Assembly (NCBI GenBank): GCA_964478715.1
Contig: CAYZIY010000001.1
Coordinates: 149,196-213,195 of the forward strand
Direction of reading: 5' to 3'
From: an uncultured Planctomycetales bacterium
GTDB lineage: Bacteria > Omnitrophota > Gorgyraeia > Zapsychrales > JBDRMG01
Length of the DNA: 64,000 nucleotides
The position numbers and the translations under genes were made by a program. The stretch's first letter is position 1; every line of letters begins with the position of its first letter. This document shows positions 61,954 through 64,000 of this stretch, piece after piece. The notes below the pieces were generated by a model that worked only from the letters and a program-made list of their open reading frames with translations, had not been told where the DNA came from and searched no databases.

Positions 61954-64000
61954 CCACCAAATTTGTACTGATTATTTTGATCATTGCCTTGATGGTTCTA
62001 TCTTTGGGATTTTATTCGGCTCGAATCACCCGTCATGCTTTCAGGGAAATCATTGCTCAAAAATCAACAAACCTTGCCAAGGGATTGCTCAGAGACATCG
62101 ATCACTTAATTGAAATGAGATTTGAAGAATTGCAGATTCATTTGAGTTCAATCAGCTTCAAAAATGCCATGATGGAAGCGAATAACGAATTTAATTTGAT
62201 GGACGATGCCGAGAGAGAGATTCAGGCCAGGGAGCGTAGGTGGGTGTCTTCTTCCGTTGATCATTCATTAAAAGAGAAACTTTTACAGACACCTGAATCC
62301 GAAGAGCTAAAGAAGGTTGTTGAAGACTATCAGCAAAAGTACGGGTATCCCGTTTTTGGGGAGATCTTTCTGACCAATAGATATGGCACTCTTATTGCTT
62401 TTTCTGGAGAAACAAGCGACTATTATCAGGCCGATGAATCCTGGTGGCAGGAAGCCAAAAAGCAGGGTTTTTCGATCGAAGATATTCATTATGATGAAAG
62501 CAGCGGTATTTATGGTCTTGCAATTTCCGTCGCTCTCTTTGATGAGGGAGAAAATTTTATCGGGGTGGTTAAATCGATATTGAATTTTGAGGAGATTGCT
62601 TTCGCATTGAGGGAGGCGGAGCAGTTATCCAGTTCTCAATCAACCGTTTTAAAACTTCTTACGCGAAATGATAAACTCATCTATTCGACGGAAGATTTTC
62701 GATTTTTAGAAGACTATTCTGCCGGGCTTAATCAGCTGAGCAGTCTTTGGTCCGAAAACGGGTCCGGAGACTTTCTGATCGTTGAGGACGAAAGCCTCAA
62801 TAATGTCCGGCTCATTGTGCGGGCGCAGCCGGAGAATTCAGAGATAGCAGATCAGCTGGGCTGGACTTTGATTGTGGAATATGATGCTCAAGAAGTTTTT
62901 GCTTCCCTTAATAAGCTGGAAAAGCATTTATTTATGGCCACTTTGATGATTATGGTAGTTGCGGTTTTCCTTGGATTATTGATTTCACAATCCGTCTCAC
63001 GTCCCTTGTTAACTTTAAATAAAGCGGCAGAAGAATTCGGTCAAGGCCGGTTCGATTGCCCTGTTTGCGTGAAAGCCGGCGGGGAAGTGCGTCTTCTGGC
63101 TGATACCTTTAATACGATGACCCAAAGGATCAAGGAGAGCGCGATCTCACTGGAGCGCTTGAACCAAGAAATCAAATCACGAAAAAAGGCAGAGAATGAT
63201 CTCAAAAATCTTAATCAAGACTTGCAAATAAATGAGGCAGCGCTTAAGAATATGCTTTATGATCTCAATAGAGCTCATAATGAGCTTAAGGAAGTGCAGA
63301 ATCAGTTGCTTCAGTCTGAGAAAATGGCCGCCGTCGGCCATCTCTCGGCAGGTGTGGCGCATGAAATCAAGAATCCGCTTTCGGTGATTCTCTTAAGCGC
63401 GGAGTCTCTGGAGGCAAAAACGAGAAAGATGGATCCGTCTTTGGTCAAACGGGTTTCCATGATCAAAGAATCAGCCCAGAGAGCCAATAGGGTCATTGTG
63501 GATTTGCTGAATTTTTCCCGCTTCAGCAATATGCAAATGCAGCCGGTGCGGCTTAGCCAACCATTAAGCAAGGCCATTGAGTTTTCTCTTCAAGCCGCCA
63601 AACTCAAAGGCATCGAGATCAAGTCTAAAGAGGCCGATCCGGGTTTGTCGGTAGAGGGCGATCAGGTATTATTACAGCATATCTTTTTAAATATCATCAC
63701 CAATGCCATCGATGTCTTGGATAAGAATGGAAAGATCTGGGTGAATGTTGAGAAAGCAGGCGATTCGGATAAAAATGATCAGGTTTACATCCGCATCAAA
63801 GACAGCGGTCCCGGCATTCCCAAAGGTATTGTCAATCAAATATTTGAGCCTTTTTTTACGACCAAAGAGCAAGGCAAAGGCACCGGGCTGGGACTCAGCA
63901 TTGTTTATATGCTTGTTGAGAAACACAAAGGGGCTATTACCGTTGAAAGCGAGGAGGGTCAGGGTACGGAATTTATTATTTCCTTACCTTTAATAAAAAA
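61954..64000 (+). CDS. Sensor histidine kinase, 3'-truncated by the window end (TM - Cache-like sensor - TM - HAMP - coiled coil - HisKA - HATPase_c)
   Basis: Manual translation from the ATG at 61954 stays open to base 64000 (absent from the ORF track because there is no stop). H-box AAVGHLSAGVAHEIKNPL, N-box IITNAIDV, G-boxes DSGPGIP / GTGLGLSIV. Confidence 0.8.

Noticed and set aside
1-64000. Search for CRISPR arrays, tRNA/rRNA genes, integrases, transposases and phage genes
   Set aside because: I found no direct-repeat/spacer arrays, no cloverleaf-like intergenic segments (the intergenic gaps are all short), and no recombinase or phage-structural proteins among the translated ORFs. The window looks like core chromosome rather than a mobile island.

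Overview
This 64-kb window reads as a chromosomal segment from an anaerobic, probably uncultivated bacterium (my guess; not verifiable from here). It carries no rRNA or tRNA genes, no CRISPR array, and no integrase or transposase. About 70 genes are tightly packed, and all but one are on the + strand. Reading 5' to 3':
(i) 1-2.5 kb: a partial hypothetical gene, then an ADP-forming acetyl-CoA synthetase.
(ii) 2.5-4.6 kb: a lipoprotein and a minus-strand outer-membrane beta-barrel.
(iii) 4.8-7.1 kb: a PAS histidine kinase with a C-terminal PilZ domain, plus a CheY-like receiver.
(iv) 7.1-31.5 kb: a very large composite type IV pilus / type II secretion-like locus. It holds two GspE/PilB ATPases, two PilC/GspF platforms and two PilM/N/O/P sets (one with PilM-N fused, one with PilO-P fused). 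It also holds one secretin, a ParA/MinD-like ATPase, a major pilin with its own consensus promoter and intrinsic terminator, at least six further (pseudo)pilins and two PilX-like proteins. Embedded in it is a 1714-aa secreted giant protein built from three DUF2341-like + PA14 modules and Ig-like domains.
(v) 31.5-32.9 kb: a cupin and a DUF3179-like gene.
(vi) 32.9-42.7 kb: a consensus promoter with a Fur-box-like operator, fur, then in one gene string a DUF5320 protein, two NifX/NifB-like FeMo-cofactor-domain proteins, two MinD-type ATPases with 4Fe-4S ferredoxin inserts, an FAD/NAD(P)-disulfide oxidoreductase, two SAM methyltransferases, a minimal ABC-type ATPase, a DUF364-like protein, TauE/SafE, DUF89 and an MBL hydrolase.
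(vii) 42.8-48.3 kb: a thioredoxin-CcdA fusion, a DsbA-like protein, a DoxX-like membrane protein, an alpha/beta hydrolase and a 640-aa polytopic membrane protein.
(viii) 48.3-64 kb: a dense signal-transduction island with 3 histidine kinases (one hybrid with a Cache sensor, one truncated at the window end) and 2 kinase-less PAS sensors that end in a stub of the HisKA entry helix. It also has 8 stand-alone receiver genes (one with tandem REC domains) and a CBS protein.
The most interesting candidates are the pilus-embedded giant DUF2341/PA14 protein with a perfect 300-bp internal duplication, the PilZ-terminated kinase with a degenerate GGDEF-like module next to the pilus ATPase, and the Fur-headed metallocofactor cluster of unknown function. 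All annotations are from reading the translated ORFs and DNA by eye; no database search was possible.
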